Position numbers and translations under genes: made by a program. This document shows positions 44,653 to 54,028 of a stretch of DNA of 64,000 bases, one piece after another. Each line of letters starts with the position of its first letter. Position 1 is the first letter of the stretch. This DNA comes from Nanobdellota archaeon (GTDB lineage Archaea; Nanobdellota; Nanobdellia; Woesearchaeales; SM23-78): NCBI GenBank assembly GCA_018819305.1, contig JAHJQO010000040.1, forward strand, positions 44,320 through 108,319, in the 5' to 3' direction. The notes below the pieces were generated by a model. That model made no database searches. It was not told the DNA's origin and was given only the letters and a program-made list of their open reading frames with translations.

Positions 44653-45198
44653 TTATGTGTTTGGAAAGCTTGCTAAATCCTCATAAACAGGACCTTCTAG
44701 ACTGAGTGTGCTCTGATAAAGCTTGAACTTATCAACAACAAACTCTTTTTTCTCAAATTTTGTATTAGTCACAAATTCCAGAAGTTTCTTTTTATCTTCA
44801 TCATTAGCAATATACTTAACCCTTGCAAATGTTAAATGAACACTAAAAGAAGTGTAATTATCTTTATATTCTGGCAAAACAGCATCAATTTGTTTTTTTA
44901 ATTTTGCCAAAGGCTCAACAGGCACTGCATCAATCCACAAAACTCTAATTTGTTTTTCATTAGGAAAATAACCAATCTTGTCAATGCTCATCTTAAATGG
45001 CTCAAAACTCACTTTGGAAAGTGCATTTTTGATTTTAGAAACATAATCTTCTTTGACTTCTCCAAGAAACTTGAGAGTAATGTGCATGTTTTCTTTTCTA
45101 ACAGGCTTCACACCTTTAATTTCTGAAAAAGGCTGCTTTATTCTTTCAATTTCCTGCTTGACATCTTCAGATATGTCTGTCGCTATGAAAAGTCTCAT
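44653..45198 (-). CDS. thpR: 2'-5' RNA ligase / 2H phosphoesterase (LigT/ThpR)
   Basis: 181 aa with the two H-x-T/S-x motifs (MHITLKF and VHLTFAR). Confidence 0.8.
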   Translation of the reverse strand: MRLFIATDISEDVKQEIERIKQPFSEIKGVKPVRKENMHITLKFLGEVKEDYVSKIKNALSKVSFEPFKMSIDKIGYFPNEKQIRVLWIDAVPVEPLAKLKKQIDAVLPEYKDNYTSFSVHLTFARVKYIANDEDKKKLLEFVTNTKFEKKEFVVDKFKLYQSTLSLEGPVYEDLASFPNT

Positions 45199-45253
45199 AA
45201 GAAAAAGAGAAAAATAATAATATTAAAAAGTTTTTTATTCGGTACAATTAATC

Positions 45254-45751
45254 CTATTTTTTGGATTCTTTGTCAGAATCGTCATCTGTGTTGTCTTCAT
45301 CAGCCTTTTCAGCTTCTTGTTCCGCTTCAGGCTCTTCATCAGAATCCTCATCAGATGGCTCTTCCTCAGGTTCATCTTCAGGAGCTTCTTCTTCAGCAGG
45401 TTCATCTTCAGCCCCATCATCATCTCCAAAGTCTTCAGAATCCATTGATTCAGCTGCTTCTTCAAGCTCTGCAACTTCTTCTTCAGATTTATCTTCTACA
45501 ACAGCTTCTTTTTGCTTAGCAGATGCAGCTGGTGCTGCTTTTGCACTGCCAATAACTTCTGCAAAACCTGCACTTCGAAGAACTCTTGTCACTTTCACTC
45601 TTACTTCGTCGCCTTCTTTGGTGTTAGGTATAAACAAAACAAATCCTTGTGTCTTTGCAATGCCGTCTCCTTTTTCACCAACAGCCTCTATCCTTACATC
45701 CAACTCATCGCCTTCTCTCACAGGCGCAAATCTTCGTCTTTGTTCAAACAT
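45254..45751 (-). CDS. TRAM-domain protein with acidic tail
   Basis: The TRAM fold pattern is PVREGDELDVRIEAVGEKGDGIAKTQGFVLFIPNTKEGDEVRVKVTRV. It is followed by about 90 aa rich in E/D/A. Confidence 0.75.
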   Translation of the reverse strand: MFEQRRRFAPVREGDELDVRIEAVGEKGDGIAKTQGFVLFIPNTKEGDEVRVKVTRVLRSAGFAEVIGSAKAAPAASAKQKEAVVEDKSEEEVAELEEAAESMDSEDFGDDDGAEDEPAEEEAPEDEPEEEPSDEDSDEEPEAEQEAEKADEDNTDDDSDKESKK

Positions 45752-45846
45752 TTACTATTCCTCCAAATATGTATTTTATATATCTATAGAATAAAGATTT
45801 ATTTATAAAGTTAATTAAAAAAATAGAAAAAGAATAAGAAAAAAAT

Positions 45847-46863
45847 TTATGCATCCTCAATTCCATTCTCAGTAATCTGAAATATGCATTCATCATCAGC
45901 AAGGTCGGGTGCGTCAACAAGTTTGCCAACTCTTGTGCCTTTCTTGCCTCTTCGCAGATAAATCCTGTAAGTGCTGTTGTGAGCTACTATGTGCCCGCCG
46001 ATTGCTTCTGTCGGGTCTCCAAAGAACTGGTCTGGCTTGGACATCACCTGATTTGTAACATAAACAGCGAGGTTGTGTATGACTGCGAGTCTTGCAAGAA
46101 CATGCATGTGCTTGTTAAGTTTTTGCTGTCTCTCAGCAAGGGTTCCTCTGCCAACAAATTCTGCTCTGAAATGAGCAGTAAGAGAATCCACAACAACAAG
46201 CTTGACTTTCAAGCCTTCTTTTATCAGGTCTTCAACTTTTTCAGCAAGCAACATCTGATGGTCAGAGTTAAAAGCTCTTGCAACCTTAATGTTTTTTAGA
46301 ACATCTTCAGAATTTAAACCTACTGCCTGACAAAATTGAATGACTCTGCCAGGCCTAAAAGTATTTTCTGTATCTATATAAACAGCTACTGCCTCAGGGT
46401 CTGCAAGAATCGTTTGCACTGCAAGAATCTGGCCAATCTGGGTTTTACCGCTTCCATACTGACCAAAGCATTCAGTAATAGCTCCAGTCTCAACACCACC
46501 TGCCAAAAGAGTGTCAAAGTTTTTGCATCCAGTGGGAATTTTCTGTATGCTCTCTCTTTTTTTCATGAGCTCTAATCCTGACTGAAACCCCATATCCATT
46601 CCATCTCTGGCTGCTTTGATAGCTTTTCTTGCAGTTGTTTCAGTAACACCTGCAGAATTTACTATTTCGCCTAATGTAGCCACAGCAATACTCATCAAAG
46701 TATCAAAACCTCCTTCTCTGAGCTTTTCAGCTGAAGCAGCTCCAATTCCCGGAAGGTCTTCTATCTTCAACTCTTTTTCTGTTTTTTTAGAACTCATTTT
46801 TATTGGGACCTCTCTCTTTGTTTTAAATTTTTCTACTTTTGCTATTACTTCTGCTTTTTGCAT
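45847..46863 (-). CDS. radA: DNA repair and recombination protein RadA
   Basis: HhH motif (IEDLPGIGAASAEKL), Walker A GQYGSGKTQ and Walker B LVVVDSL. ATG at 46863 with GGTGA 6 nt upstream is preferred to the listed GTG at 46872. An internal ATG at 46797 is also possible. Confidence 0.92.
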   Translation of the reverse strand: MQKAEVIAKVEKFKTKREVPIKMSSKKTEKELKIEDLPGIGAASAEKLREGGFDTLMSIAVATLGEIVNSAGVTETTARKAIKAARDGMDMGFQSGLELMKKRESIQKIPTGCKNFDTLLAGGVETGAITECFGQYGSGKTQIGQILAVQTILADPEAVAVYIDTENTFRPGRVIQFCQAVGLNSEDVLKNIKVARAFNSDHQMLLAEKVEDLIKEGLKVKLVVVDSLTAHFRAEFVGRGTLAERQQKLNKHMHVLARLAVIHNLAVYVTNQVMSKPDQFFGDPTEAIGGHIVAHNSTYRIYLRRGKKGTRVGKLVDAPDLADDECIFQITENGIEDA

Positions 46864-46875
46864 TAATATCACCTC

Positions 46876-47151
46876 TTATTCATCATCAGTTTCAGAATTG
46901 TTCAATGCCAGAAACTCATAAGCCTTGTTTATCACAAGAGCTGCTTTTGGCAAATCAGACATTCTTAAAGAACTGGTCTTTTGCCATTGGCCATTAGCAT
47001 CTTTATAATTTCTTTCAAAGCTAACAGATTTATAGCTTATGACCTCTCCTTGTTTGCTTTTGTTCTGGTTTTCCCAGACTGTTGCAGAAATAGCTCCTGC
47101 CCTAAACTTTTTTACAGGCAAGTTTCCTGTTGTATTTTTTTCCATGTTCAT
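46876..47151 (-). CDS. Small conserved-looking protein with acidic C-terminus (possible ssDNA-binding, weak)
   Basis: 91 aa. FRAGAISATVWENQ...SVSFERNYKDANGQWQKTSSLRMSDLPKAALVINKAYEFL vaguely recalls PC4/YdbC-like folds. Lies 4 nt upstream of radA. Confidence 0.3.
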   Translation of the reverse strand: MNMEKNTTGNLPVKKFRAGAISATVWENQNKSKQGEVISYKSVSFERNYKDANGQWQKTSSLRMSDLPKAALVINKAYEFLALNNSETDDE

Positions 47152-47296
47152 CTCCTCCTTCCTTTCGGGTTTTATTTCAAAGCCCTCTTAGTTAGGCACT
47201 ACTAAGGTACCAGAGAGCTGGAGGTGATTCTTTCTTAAAAAAGAAAGAAAAGGTAAGCATTGTTTTCTTACCTCAACATATAGATTGCCATAATTC

Positions 47297-47328
47297 TTTA
47301 TATACCCTACGTCAACCCATGTCCAGTG
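47297..47328 (-). promoter_or_regulatory. Conserved promoter element CACTGGACAT-N3-TTGACGTAGGGT plus TATA
   Basis: The minus strand reads CACTGGACATGGGTTGACGTAGGGTATATAAA. 22 of the 25 upstream-element positions are identical to the 38398 site (only the 3-nt spacer differs) and the TATA segment is near-identical. It lies about 145 nt upstream of the ATG at 47151. Confidence 0.55.
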
Positions 47329-47337
47329 TGTCTAGTG

Positions 47338-47368
47338 TAGATTTTTGCAAAAAATCTAGTAAAAAGCA
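47338..47368 (+). repeat. Hairpin element TAGATTTTTGCAAAAAATCTA-GTAAAAAGCA (second copy at 29392-29423, minus strand)
   Basis: About 29 of 31 nt are identical to the minus-strand AGAGATTTTTGCAAAAAATCTC-GTAAAAAGCA inside the tRNA-like element. Confidence 0.55.
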
Positions 47369-47517
47369 CGTCAGTACAACATAAAGCTAAAAACACGCTT
47401 TAGTTGTACGTAGTTCGGAGGAAATAACATAATATTTATATAATACAAATACAAAAATAAGAATAACAAACAATTTTTGATAATTTATAAAAAAAATGTG
47501 TGTGAGGGTTGAATAAA

Positions 47518-48192
47518 ATGAAATGGTATCTTCTTCTAGTTGTAGTTATCTTTGGAGCTTTCTTCATCGCCAGTTGTAATCCCGGACAAATCTGTGGTGA
47601 CGGTTATTGTAGTGCAGAAGAAGATGCAATGGGTTATTGCCCACAGGATTGTAATCTGGAACCCATTCCTAAATGCTATGATACTGACGGAGATGACATC
47701 TATACAAAAGGATATTTAACTTATGATGGGAAAAAATATGAAGATGAATGCTATGGTGGCGGTCTTCAACTAGGAGAAATGATTTGCATTTATGAAAATA
47801 ATGCATGGAGCATGGCTAATAGTGTGAGAGAATGTCCAAAAGGAACAACATGTACTGATGGAGCATGCAGAAAATCAGCAATAGTATGTATAGACAACAG
47901 CGAACCTGAATGCCCAACAGGTTCAACTTCTGCATCTTATGTAAACAATGATGGATGCCAGAGCTGGAGATGTGTACCTAACCCAACTGTAACTTGCGCT
48001 GATAGCGATGGTTTTGATGCATATGTTCTTGGCAGAATCACAGGAATTGATTCTGACGGCAATTCATTTACCATATCTGACACATGCGGAACCACCACCA
48101 ATTTAATAGAACGTGTTTGTGAAGGACAAACCGGGGCGATGATTAGAATTCCCTGCGCAAATGGATGCGAAGCTGGGAGGTGTCTACAATGA
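47518..48192 (+). CDS. Secreted cysteine-rich protein, lipoprotein-like signal, two six-Cys modules
   Basis: MKWYLLLVVVIFGAFFIASC signal. The module C-x-D-[ST]-D-G-x-D-x-Y...D-x-C...CP-x-G-x-x-C-x-x-G-x-C occurs twice. ATG at 47518 (GAGGG upstream) is preferred to the listed TTG at 47509. Confidence 0.6.
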   Translation: MKWYLLLVVVIFGAFFIASCNPGQICGDGYCSAEEDAMGYCPQDCNLEPIPKCYDTDGDDIYTKGYLTYDGKKYEDECYGGGLQLGEMICIYENNAWSMANSVRECPKGTTCTDGACRKSAIVCIDNSEPECPTGSTSASYVNNDGCQSWRCVPNPTVTCADSDGFDAYVLGRITGIDSDGNSFTISDTCGTTTNLIERVCEGQTGAMIRIPCANGCEAGRCLQ

Positions 48193-50297
48193 AAGCAAAA
48201 AAAGAAAAAATAAATTATAATTTTGCTATGATAGCAATAGTAGCGATTGTAGCAATTGTTGCACTGGTAATCATTGCCAAAGTTCCAGGAAAAGGATATG
48301 CTTCTCAGCAAATTGCATTTGATAGCATAGAAGTAGATCAAGAGTCGCTTGTTGGACAAGCTTATGGTAATAATCAAGGATGGACTTGTTCAGGTCCAAC
48401 AAACACCTGCTGTAATCAATATCCTGATGGTTGTAATGCAGACTGGAAATGTAGTGATTGCGGTGGTGTTTGGGAAAAATGTGATTCTAAAGCATACAAA
48501 GTATGTCATAATGGAAATGTATGGTGGTTTAATAGCTGCAACCAACCTGATGTTAAGTTTGAAGATTGCGGAACTCAATCCTGCCAAAATGCAAACTGCC
48601 AATGCATTCCAACTTATACTTATAAATGTGAGGGAGGACGCATATTGAAAATTGATAGTTGCACTCAAGCCAAAACTATTTATCTTTCTTGCGGAAGCAA
48701 TGGATGTGATACAACAGCAAATCAATGCAACTGTTATGAAACAGACACATTATTTTATACAAAAGAGGGAATTGAAGACAAATATAAATGTCGTTCTGAG
48801 TATGATTCTGAATTTGGTATCACTGTTTACTATGAAAAACAAGGATATTGTGATGGATCAAAATTTAAATGGGAATTAGAAGAAAACTGTGGTAATAACC
48901 CTTGTGATATAGTTACTGGATGCAGTGGTTCTGGCGGACCAACTGCATGTCGCGGAACTGATCCTTCTGGAGCTGGAATAAATATGGGAACTGACAGAAC
49001 GTATTCTGGCATGAGCTGGACATATTCATCAGCATACAATAATTTGAAGCCTTGCGAATGGGGTTGTAAAACTAATGAGAATTTTGAAAGAGATGGAAAC
49101 ACTTGCAAATGTGCAGTAGGATACAAAGCAGATGGACTTAAGTGTGTTCCTGATATAAGAACTTGCGAAGGAACAAAGCCAACACATGCTGATAGAGGTG
49201 CAATTAAATATACATTCATGGGAACTACAAAAACATGGGTACACAAACCTAATAAAGCAGAAGCAGAACTAGGAGCTTGTGAATATAACTGTCAAACAGG
49301 TTTCAAGAACTCTGCTGAAACAAATTCTTGCATAATGGATTTAAAAAATTGTGGAGGAACTACTCCAACTCAAGGATATTCAATTAGAGGAAACCCTCAA
49401 TACCAACATGGTGTAAGTCAAACAACTAGATGGACTTACAACAACACAGGAACTCTTGGAAGGTGCGAGTTCAAATGCCAACAAGGATATTATCCAAATA
49501 ATGCAAATAATAATTGTGTTGAATGCACAAGTATCAGTCATTGTGCAAACCAAGCATGCAAAAACAAAGCATGTACAAATAATCAATGTACTTACACTAA
49601 TGTTGCAGCAACATGCCCCGCAGCAAACACAATAAACTGCGGAGTGCAAATAACACCAACCAACCAATGCGGAAAATGCACAGGAACAGGAACAAAATGC
49701 ACAACAGGAAAAACATGCCAAAATAATCAATGCGTAGAATGCACAACAAACACAAACTGCAATGACAACAACGCTTGCACAACAGACACATGCATAAACA
49801 ACAACTGCAATTATGCAGCCAAATGTTCACCAACACAAACATGTAATACCTCAACAGGTAACTGTATTGATCCGATTGCGTGCACAGATTCTGACGATGG
49901 ATACGATTATTATAAAGCAGGAACACTAGTCTGGTATGCTGAGACTGGTGAAAAATTAACAAATAAAGACTATTGTACAGAAACAATAATAACTGAATAT
50001 GGTTGTGTAGATGGAAAATCTGTTTCCAAAGTCTTTACGTGCCCAAACGGATGCAATAACGGAGCATGCACTCCAACATTACAAGCAACTTGTATTGACC
50101 ATGACGCAAGCGATCCTTACAGGATTTATGTAAGTAGTTATGTGTCAGGCGATTATGGACAAGGTGACAGTGCTTATAATGTGCAAGATGTGTGTGACAG
50201 TAACAAAGTACTCAAAGAACAAATGTGCTTTGAAAACAAACCTGTGACAATGTTCATCAACTGTCCAGGCACATGCAACAATGGCGCATGTCAATAA
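48189..50297 (+). CDS. Large anchored cysteine-rich repeat protein
   Basis: The ATG overlaps the upstream stop (ATGA at 48189-48192). N-terminal TM (IAIVAIVAIVALVII). More than 80 Cys by eye. A C-x-N-x-x-C-T-x-D-x-C-type run (CNDNNACTTDTCINNNC) is followed by two C-terminal copies of the same six-Cys module as the upstream gene. Confidence 0.6.
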   Translation: MKAKKEKINYNFAMIAIVAIVAIVALVIIAKVPGKGYASQQIAFDSIEVDQESLVGQAYGNNQGWTCSGPTNTCCNQYPDGCNADWKCSDCGGVWEKCDSKAYKVCHNGNVWWFNSCNQPDVKFEDCGTQSCQNANCQCIPTYTYKCEGGRILKIDSCTQAKTIYLSCGSNGCDTTANQCNCYETDTLFYTKEGIEDKYKCRSEYDSEFGITVYYEKQGYCDGSKFKWELEENCGNNPCDIVTGCSGSGGPTACRGTDPSGAGINMGTDRTYSGMSWTYSSAYNNLKPCEWGCKTNENFERDGNTCKCAVGYKADGLKCVPDIRTCEGTKPTHADRGAIKYTFMGTTKTWVHKPNKAEAELGACEYNCQTGFKNSAETNSCIMDLKNCGGTTPTQGYSIRGNPQYQHGVSQTTRWTYNNTGTLGRCEFKCQQGYYPNNANNNCVECTSISHCANQACKNKACTNNQCTYTNVAATCPAANTINCGVQITPTNQCGKCTGTGTKCTTGKTCQNNQCVECTTNTNCNDNNACTTDTCINNNCNYAAKCSPTQTCNTSTGNCIDPIACTDSDDGYDYYKAGTLVWYAETGEKLTNKDYCTETIITEYGCVDGKSVSKVFTCPNGCNNGACTPTLQATCIDHDASDPYRIYVSSYVSGDYGQGDSAYNVQDVCDSNKVLKEQMCFENKPVTMFINCPGTCNNGACQ

Positions 50298-50372
50298 ATA
50301 AAATTTTTTATTTTTTTATTCTTTAAATAAAAATGATGAAAATAAAAGAAAAGAATTCTTCATAATCGTATA

Positions 50373-50648
50373 ATGATTATAATCTTGATAATCATAGTTA
50401 TAGTTGCAACAGCAATTATTCTAAAAACAGACCAGGAAAGAATAAAGAGTTTTTGGGAAGAACTTAAATCATTAAAAAAAAATACAACAGAAATAAATAC
50501 AAACAACACTGTTGGAAAAGGAACAAGTGGAATTATAAGTTATCCTGCGTGTATTACTGAGATTGAACTCTATAGAAATACAAATGACAAAAACAGTGTA
50601 AGTAAAGATTGCGAACGTTTTATACCTGAAAAACAAGGAAGTGACTGA
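50373..50648 (+). CDS. Small membrane-anchored protein
   Basis: 91 aa with the N-terminal hydrophobic helix MIIILIIIVIVATAIIL. Confidence 0.3.
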   Translation: MIIILIIIVIVATAIILKTDQERIKSFWEELKSLKKNTTEINTNNTVGKGTSGIISYPACITEIELYRNTNDKNSVSKDCERFIPEKQGSD

Positions 50649-50736
50649 TAAGATTAACAAACAAGATAAAATCATTTATTTCTATTTAGATATTAAACCA
50701 AATATTTTTATATGAGTTAAACCAAAGTTATATTTT

Positions 50737-51780
50737 ATGGTACTTGAGCATTTATTTCCAGAAAGCTGGCTTGAGAAAAAAGTCGGGTTTGCTTTTCTTA
50801 TTGCAGTTATATATTCTATTATTGGAATAATTGCTGCCAGATTATTATTTGGTGCTAACTCAGGTATTGTATCTGTGATTTTCACTTCTCTGTTAATTCT
50901 TCCTTATCTTCAGAAGATGTTTCGGAAAGAGGAGCGTGAGGAGGAGAAAGAACAAAGAGCTTCATTAAAGCATTTTGAATCAATACTTCTTTTCTTCAAG
51001 AACAATCAGGCTATAAGAGTTTATTTTGCTATTTTCTTTGGAATCTTTTTTACTTATGCATTTGCTTCGTTTATTCTTCCACAGCTCGGAGTTAATACTT
51101 TTAATGTTTTAAAAGAGCAATTATTTGTTGACCCTGCTCTCAGAGGAAGGGCTGTTTTTAGTTTTGGCACATTCATAAGCATTCTGGCTAATAACTGGTG
51201 GGTTTTGCTTGCCTGCTTTTTATTAGCAATTATATCTGGAGATGGAGCAATCTTTTTTATCACATGGAATGCAAGCAGCTGGGGAGCTATTTTTGGCTAC
51301 AGAGCATTAACAGCAGGACTTTATGCAAATGTAAATCCCTGGTGGTACTTATTCCTGGTCATAATAATAACCTTACCTCATGTTATTCTTGAAGGAGGCG
51401 CTTATATATTATCTGCGATATCAGGAAGCATTATATCTGATGAAATAATACAGGAAAAGTCAGACATAAGAAGCTTTATCTTTTATATTATTTGCGGAGC
51501 AGGTATTATTGTCCTGCTCAGGTTCATCTATAAATCCTTGTTTGGTATAGGAAGCTTGTTAATCTTTAACTTAATCACTATCATTATAATTACTGCCATG
51601 ATTTATGTGATTGGGAGGCTCTTCCAGCAGAAAAGATTAAAGAAAGTATTTCTCAACAATTACACTTTGTTCATAATAGCAATCATTGTGTTTGTAATTG
51701 GTACCTTAGTAGAAACCCTTGTTCTTAACAATGTGAGCATTCTCAATAAGATTTACATATTTAGTCATATGTTTGGATGA
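50737..51780 (+). CDS. SpoIIM/DUF95-like integral membrane protein
   Basis: 347-aa multi-pass protein. FISILANNWWVLLACFLLAIISGDGAIFFITWNASSWGAIFG resembles the SpoIIM family core. Confidence 0.5.
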   Translation: MVLEHLFPESWLEKKVGFAFLIAVIYSIIGIIAARLLFGANSGIVSVIFTSLLILPYLQKMFRKEEREEEKEQRASLKHFESILLFFKNNQAIRVYFAIFFGIFFTYAFASFILPQLGVNTFNVLKEQLFVDPALRGRAVFSFGTFISILANNWWVLLACFLLAIISGDGAIFFITWNASSWGAIFGYRALTAGLYANVNPWWYLFLVIIITLPHVILEGGAYILSAISGSIISDEIIQEKSDIRSFIFYIICGAGIIVLLRFIYKSLFGIGSLLIFNLITIIIITAMIYVIGRLFQQKRLKKVFLNNYTLFIIAIIVFVIGTLVETLVLNNVSILNKIYIFSHMFG

Positions 51781-51783
51781 ACT

Positions 51784-52230
51784 CTAGAACCACATCAAAA
51801 CAGATATAATCACAAACATAAAAAACAACAGCCAGTCTGGAAGTCTGCCTGTTTTGAGCTTTCCTCTCATTCTTATCTTGCTTGGCCAGAAAAAAGATAT
51901 TCCTCTCTTTGTTGTGCTGTCTAAGAACAAGTGCGACATAAAACCAAGCAAAAAGCCTAATGCATAATATGAATTACCTGTCAGGAGAAATACAATAATT
52001 GTGACTGCAGTGCCGGATACAATACTATGAAAAAAACCTCTGTGTCTTAAAAACATATTAATGAATTTAAAAGGCGTTCCAACAAGAGCTGTTGCACAAT
52101 CAATGTCTGGAAAAAAGCCTCCTAATAAGATAAATGCAAGAAGAGTGATAGGATTTCCTGAAAAAGATATGTTTTTTATCACAAATAATCCTATTACTAA
52201 AGCAAAGCTTAAGTGTGTCCATAACATCAT
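51784..52230 (-). CDS. Membrane-bound metal-dependent hydrolase (YdjM/DUF457)
   Basis: 148 aa with WTHLSF, FFPDIDC, RHRGFFHS and HLFLDSTTKRGISFFWP motifs. Confidence 0.65.
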   Translation of the reverse strand: MMLWTHLSFALVIGLFVIKNISFSGNPITLLAFILLGGFFPDIDCATALVGTPFKFINMFLRHRGFFHSIVSGTAVTIIVFLLTGNSYYALGFLLGFMSHLFLDSTTKRGISFFWPSKIRMRGKLKTGRLPDWLLFFMFVIISVLMWF

Positions 52231-52246
52231 TTTAAAGAAAGAAAAA

Positions 52247-52828
52247 TTAGCTTGTTATTATAATTGTTTTGCTTCTCTGGTCATTAGAAGGATTTTGGTC
52301 ATCAAGCTTAAGAGTTGAATCTGCTGTTCCTATAATTTTCATTGGACCTTCTTTAGTCACAGCTGCAATCCTAAACAAAACAGTTGCTTCTTCATCAGGC
52401 TCTAATATCTGGGATACTACAGAATTAACAACAGTAGGCTTGACATTTTCGCCGTTTGGAATCAATTCAGCTTTTACATAGAACGGAGTATCAAGGGTTG
52501 TGTGTCCTTGGTTTGCAACAGTAATTTTGACTTCAAAAGGACTTCCTATTATTGGGCTTGGAGGATTCACATTAATCTTAACCACTCCAACATCCACATA
52601 AGTGCTTTCAGGTTCTTCTACTCCATCCTCTGCCATTGCAAAGCCAGTAATAGCATTTGCAGCAATATCATTACCTTCATAAGTTATGCCTGCTCTGCCG
52701 TCAAAATGAATTAGAACTTGTCCTGTGATAGCTACAATAGCTACTATTGCCAGAACAACAAATATTTCAAAAACAGGGCTCTCACTCTTCTTCTTAACCA
52801 TCCTTAAGTATTTGTTAGAAAAGGTCAT
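52247..52828 (-). CDS. CARDB-like domain protein with N-terminal pilin-like anchor
   Basis: The probable start is ATG 52801 (MVKKKSESPVFEIFVVLAIVAIVAI). The CARDB-like beta segment is VKINVNPPSPIIGSPFEVKITVANQGHTTLDTPFYVKAELIP. Confidence 0.5.
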   Translation of the reverse strand: MTFSNKYLRMVKKKSESPVFEIFVVLAIVAIVAITGQVLIHFDGRAGITYEGNDIAANAITGFAMAEDGVEEPESTYVDVGVVKINVNPPSPIIGSPFEVKITVANQGHTTLDTPFYVKAELIPNGENVKPTVVNSVVSQILEPDEEATVLFRIAAVTKEGPMKIIGTADSTLKLDDQNPSNDQRSKTIIITS

Positions 52829-52888
52829 ATAAAAATGTTTCTAAAATATGGATAAATATAACCCAAATATTCAAAATTTGTGCTGTAT

Positions 52889-54028
52889 TTATTCAATATC
52901 CATTAATTCTTTATCCAAATCAATATCTTCAAGATTATCACTGCTGGCTGCAGGCTTTACTTCAGGTGTTACTTTTGCAGGCTCTGATTTTTTTTCTTCT
53001 TCAATAGGCTTCTCTTCTTCCTGCCCAACAACTTTGTCTGCTTCCTGCTTAAGCTTTCTTATTTCTTCATCAGGGTCAGGCTTTCTGTCTACATTATTTG
53101 CAACCAGCTCAATTCTGTCAAAATTTTGGTTTTTATTAGCTTTTCCACTCACCTTAATTATATTCCCAAGAAGTTCTGTTTTCAATGGTTCAAATTTACT
53201 AGGATCATCCTTGAATGTCATTATCTGTGATTTGTCCATGTCAAGTAGCTGTTCAACCTGCTGGCTCCAGAAGACTACTCTGATATTATCACTTCCATCA
53301 TCAAGATACAGGTTTAATACATAATTAAAATCAGGCTCAACTTTGCTGTGAGTTGGGCAGAAAAATCCTTCATCCTTGTATCTTATTCTTTTTTTGCATT
53401 CAGGGCATACTTCAAAAAAATTCAAGTCAAAAACCTGCACAATTGTTGCCAAAACTTCAACATTAGCATCAGTTTCCTGTATTTCAGAAATATTTTTTTT
53501 AACAGCAGTAGGAGGTGTGTATGGTTTTACTTCAACTTCAACACCAGGAGGATTAATAATTAATTTAGCTGTATCACCAACATGTATTTCATTTCTTCCC
53601 TGATTCTCCCTGACATATCCTCCGCTTATCTTGACAATATCTCCTTCTTTTAACTGGTTAACAAGTTCTGCCTGATTGTGCCACATAACAACTCTTATCA
53701 TGCCAGTATCATCACCAACAAGCATATTAGAAACTTTTCCCTGATGTTTTTCTGTTTTAAATTCTCTTAACTCATAAACTTGAAGGACTTTGGCAACCAA
53801 CTCAACATTTCGCATGCCAGAAAGAATGTTTTTTATCTGAAGTTTTTCACCAACATCAAAAAGCTTTACACCTAATTCATTTGCAATAATATGAGCTGCT
53901 CCTTCTTCTGAAATTAAACCTGAGAGCTGCTTGAGCTTAGCTTTTATTTTTTCATTTAGTTCTTCTTCTGACAAGCCTGTTTTCTGAGAAATTCTTTGTT
54001 TTATCTGCGGTAAAGGCATATTAATCAT
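52889..54028 (-). CDS. rpa: Replication protein A (OB-fold ssDNA-binding, zinc-ribbon type)
   Basis: 379 aa. N-terminal helical domain (ISEEGAAHIIANELGV), two OB folds, CPECKKRIRYKDEGFFCPTH and an acidic tail. Confidence 0.85.
   Translation of the reverse strand: MINMPLPQIKQRISQKTGLSEEELNEKIKAKLKQLSGLISEEGAAHIIANELGVKLFDVGEKLQIKNILSGMRNVELVAKVLQVYELREFKTEKHQGKVSNMLVGDDTGMIRVVMWHNQAELVNQLKEGDIVKISGGYVRENQGRNEIHVGDTAKLIINPPGVEVEVKPYTPPTAVKKNISEIQETDANVEVLATIVQVFDLNFFEVCPECKKRIRYKDEGFFCPTHSKVEPDFNYVLNLYLDDGSDNIRVVFWSQQVEQLLDMDKSQIMTFKDDPSKFEPLKTELLGNIIKVSGKANKNQNFDRIELVANNVDRKPDPDEEIRKLKQEADKVVGQEEEKPIEEEKKSEPAKVTPEVKPAASSDNLEDIDLDKELMDIE

Noticed and set aside
45261-45794. 177-aa Ser-rich plus-strand ORF, together with the 79-aa ORF at 45235-45474 and the 98-aa ORF at 45512-45808
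   Set aside because: These are antisense or alternative-frame shadows of the TRAM-domain gene. The GAA/GAT-rich acidic tail automatically gives open Ser/Leu-rich frames. No motifs or start context are present.
48349-49986. Multiple Cys-rich ORFs on both strands inside the 702-aa cysteine-rich gene
   Set aside because: TGY/GCA-rich coding sequence yields open alternative frames. Only the 48189-50297 frame has a start coupled to the upstream gene, a TM anchor and the repeated module.
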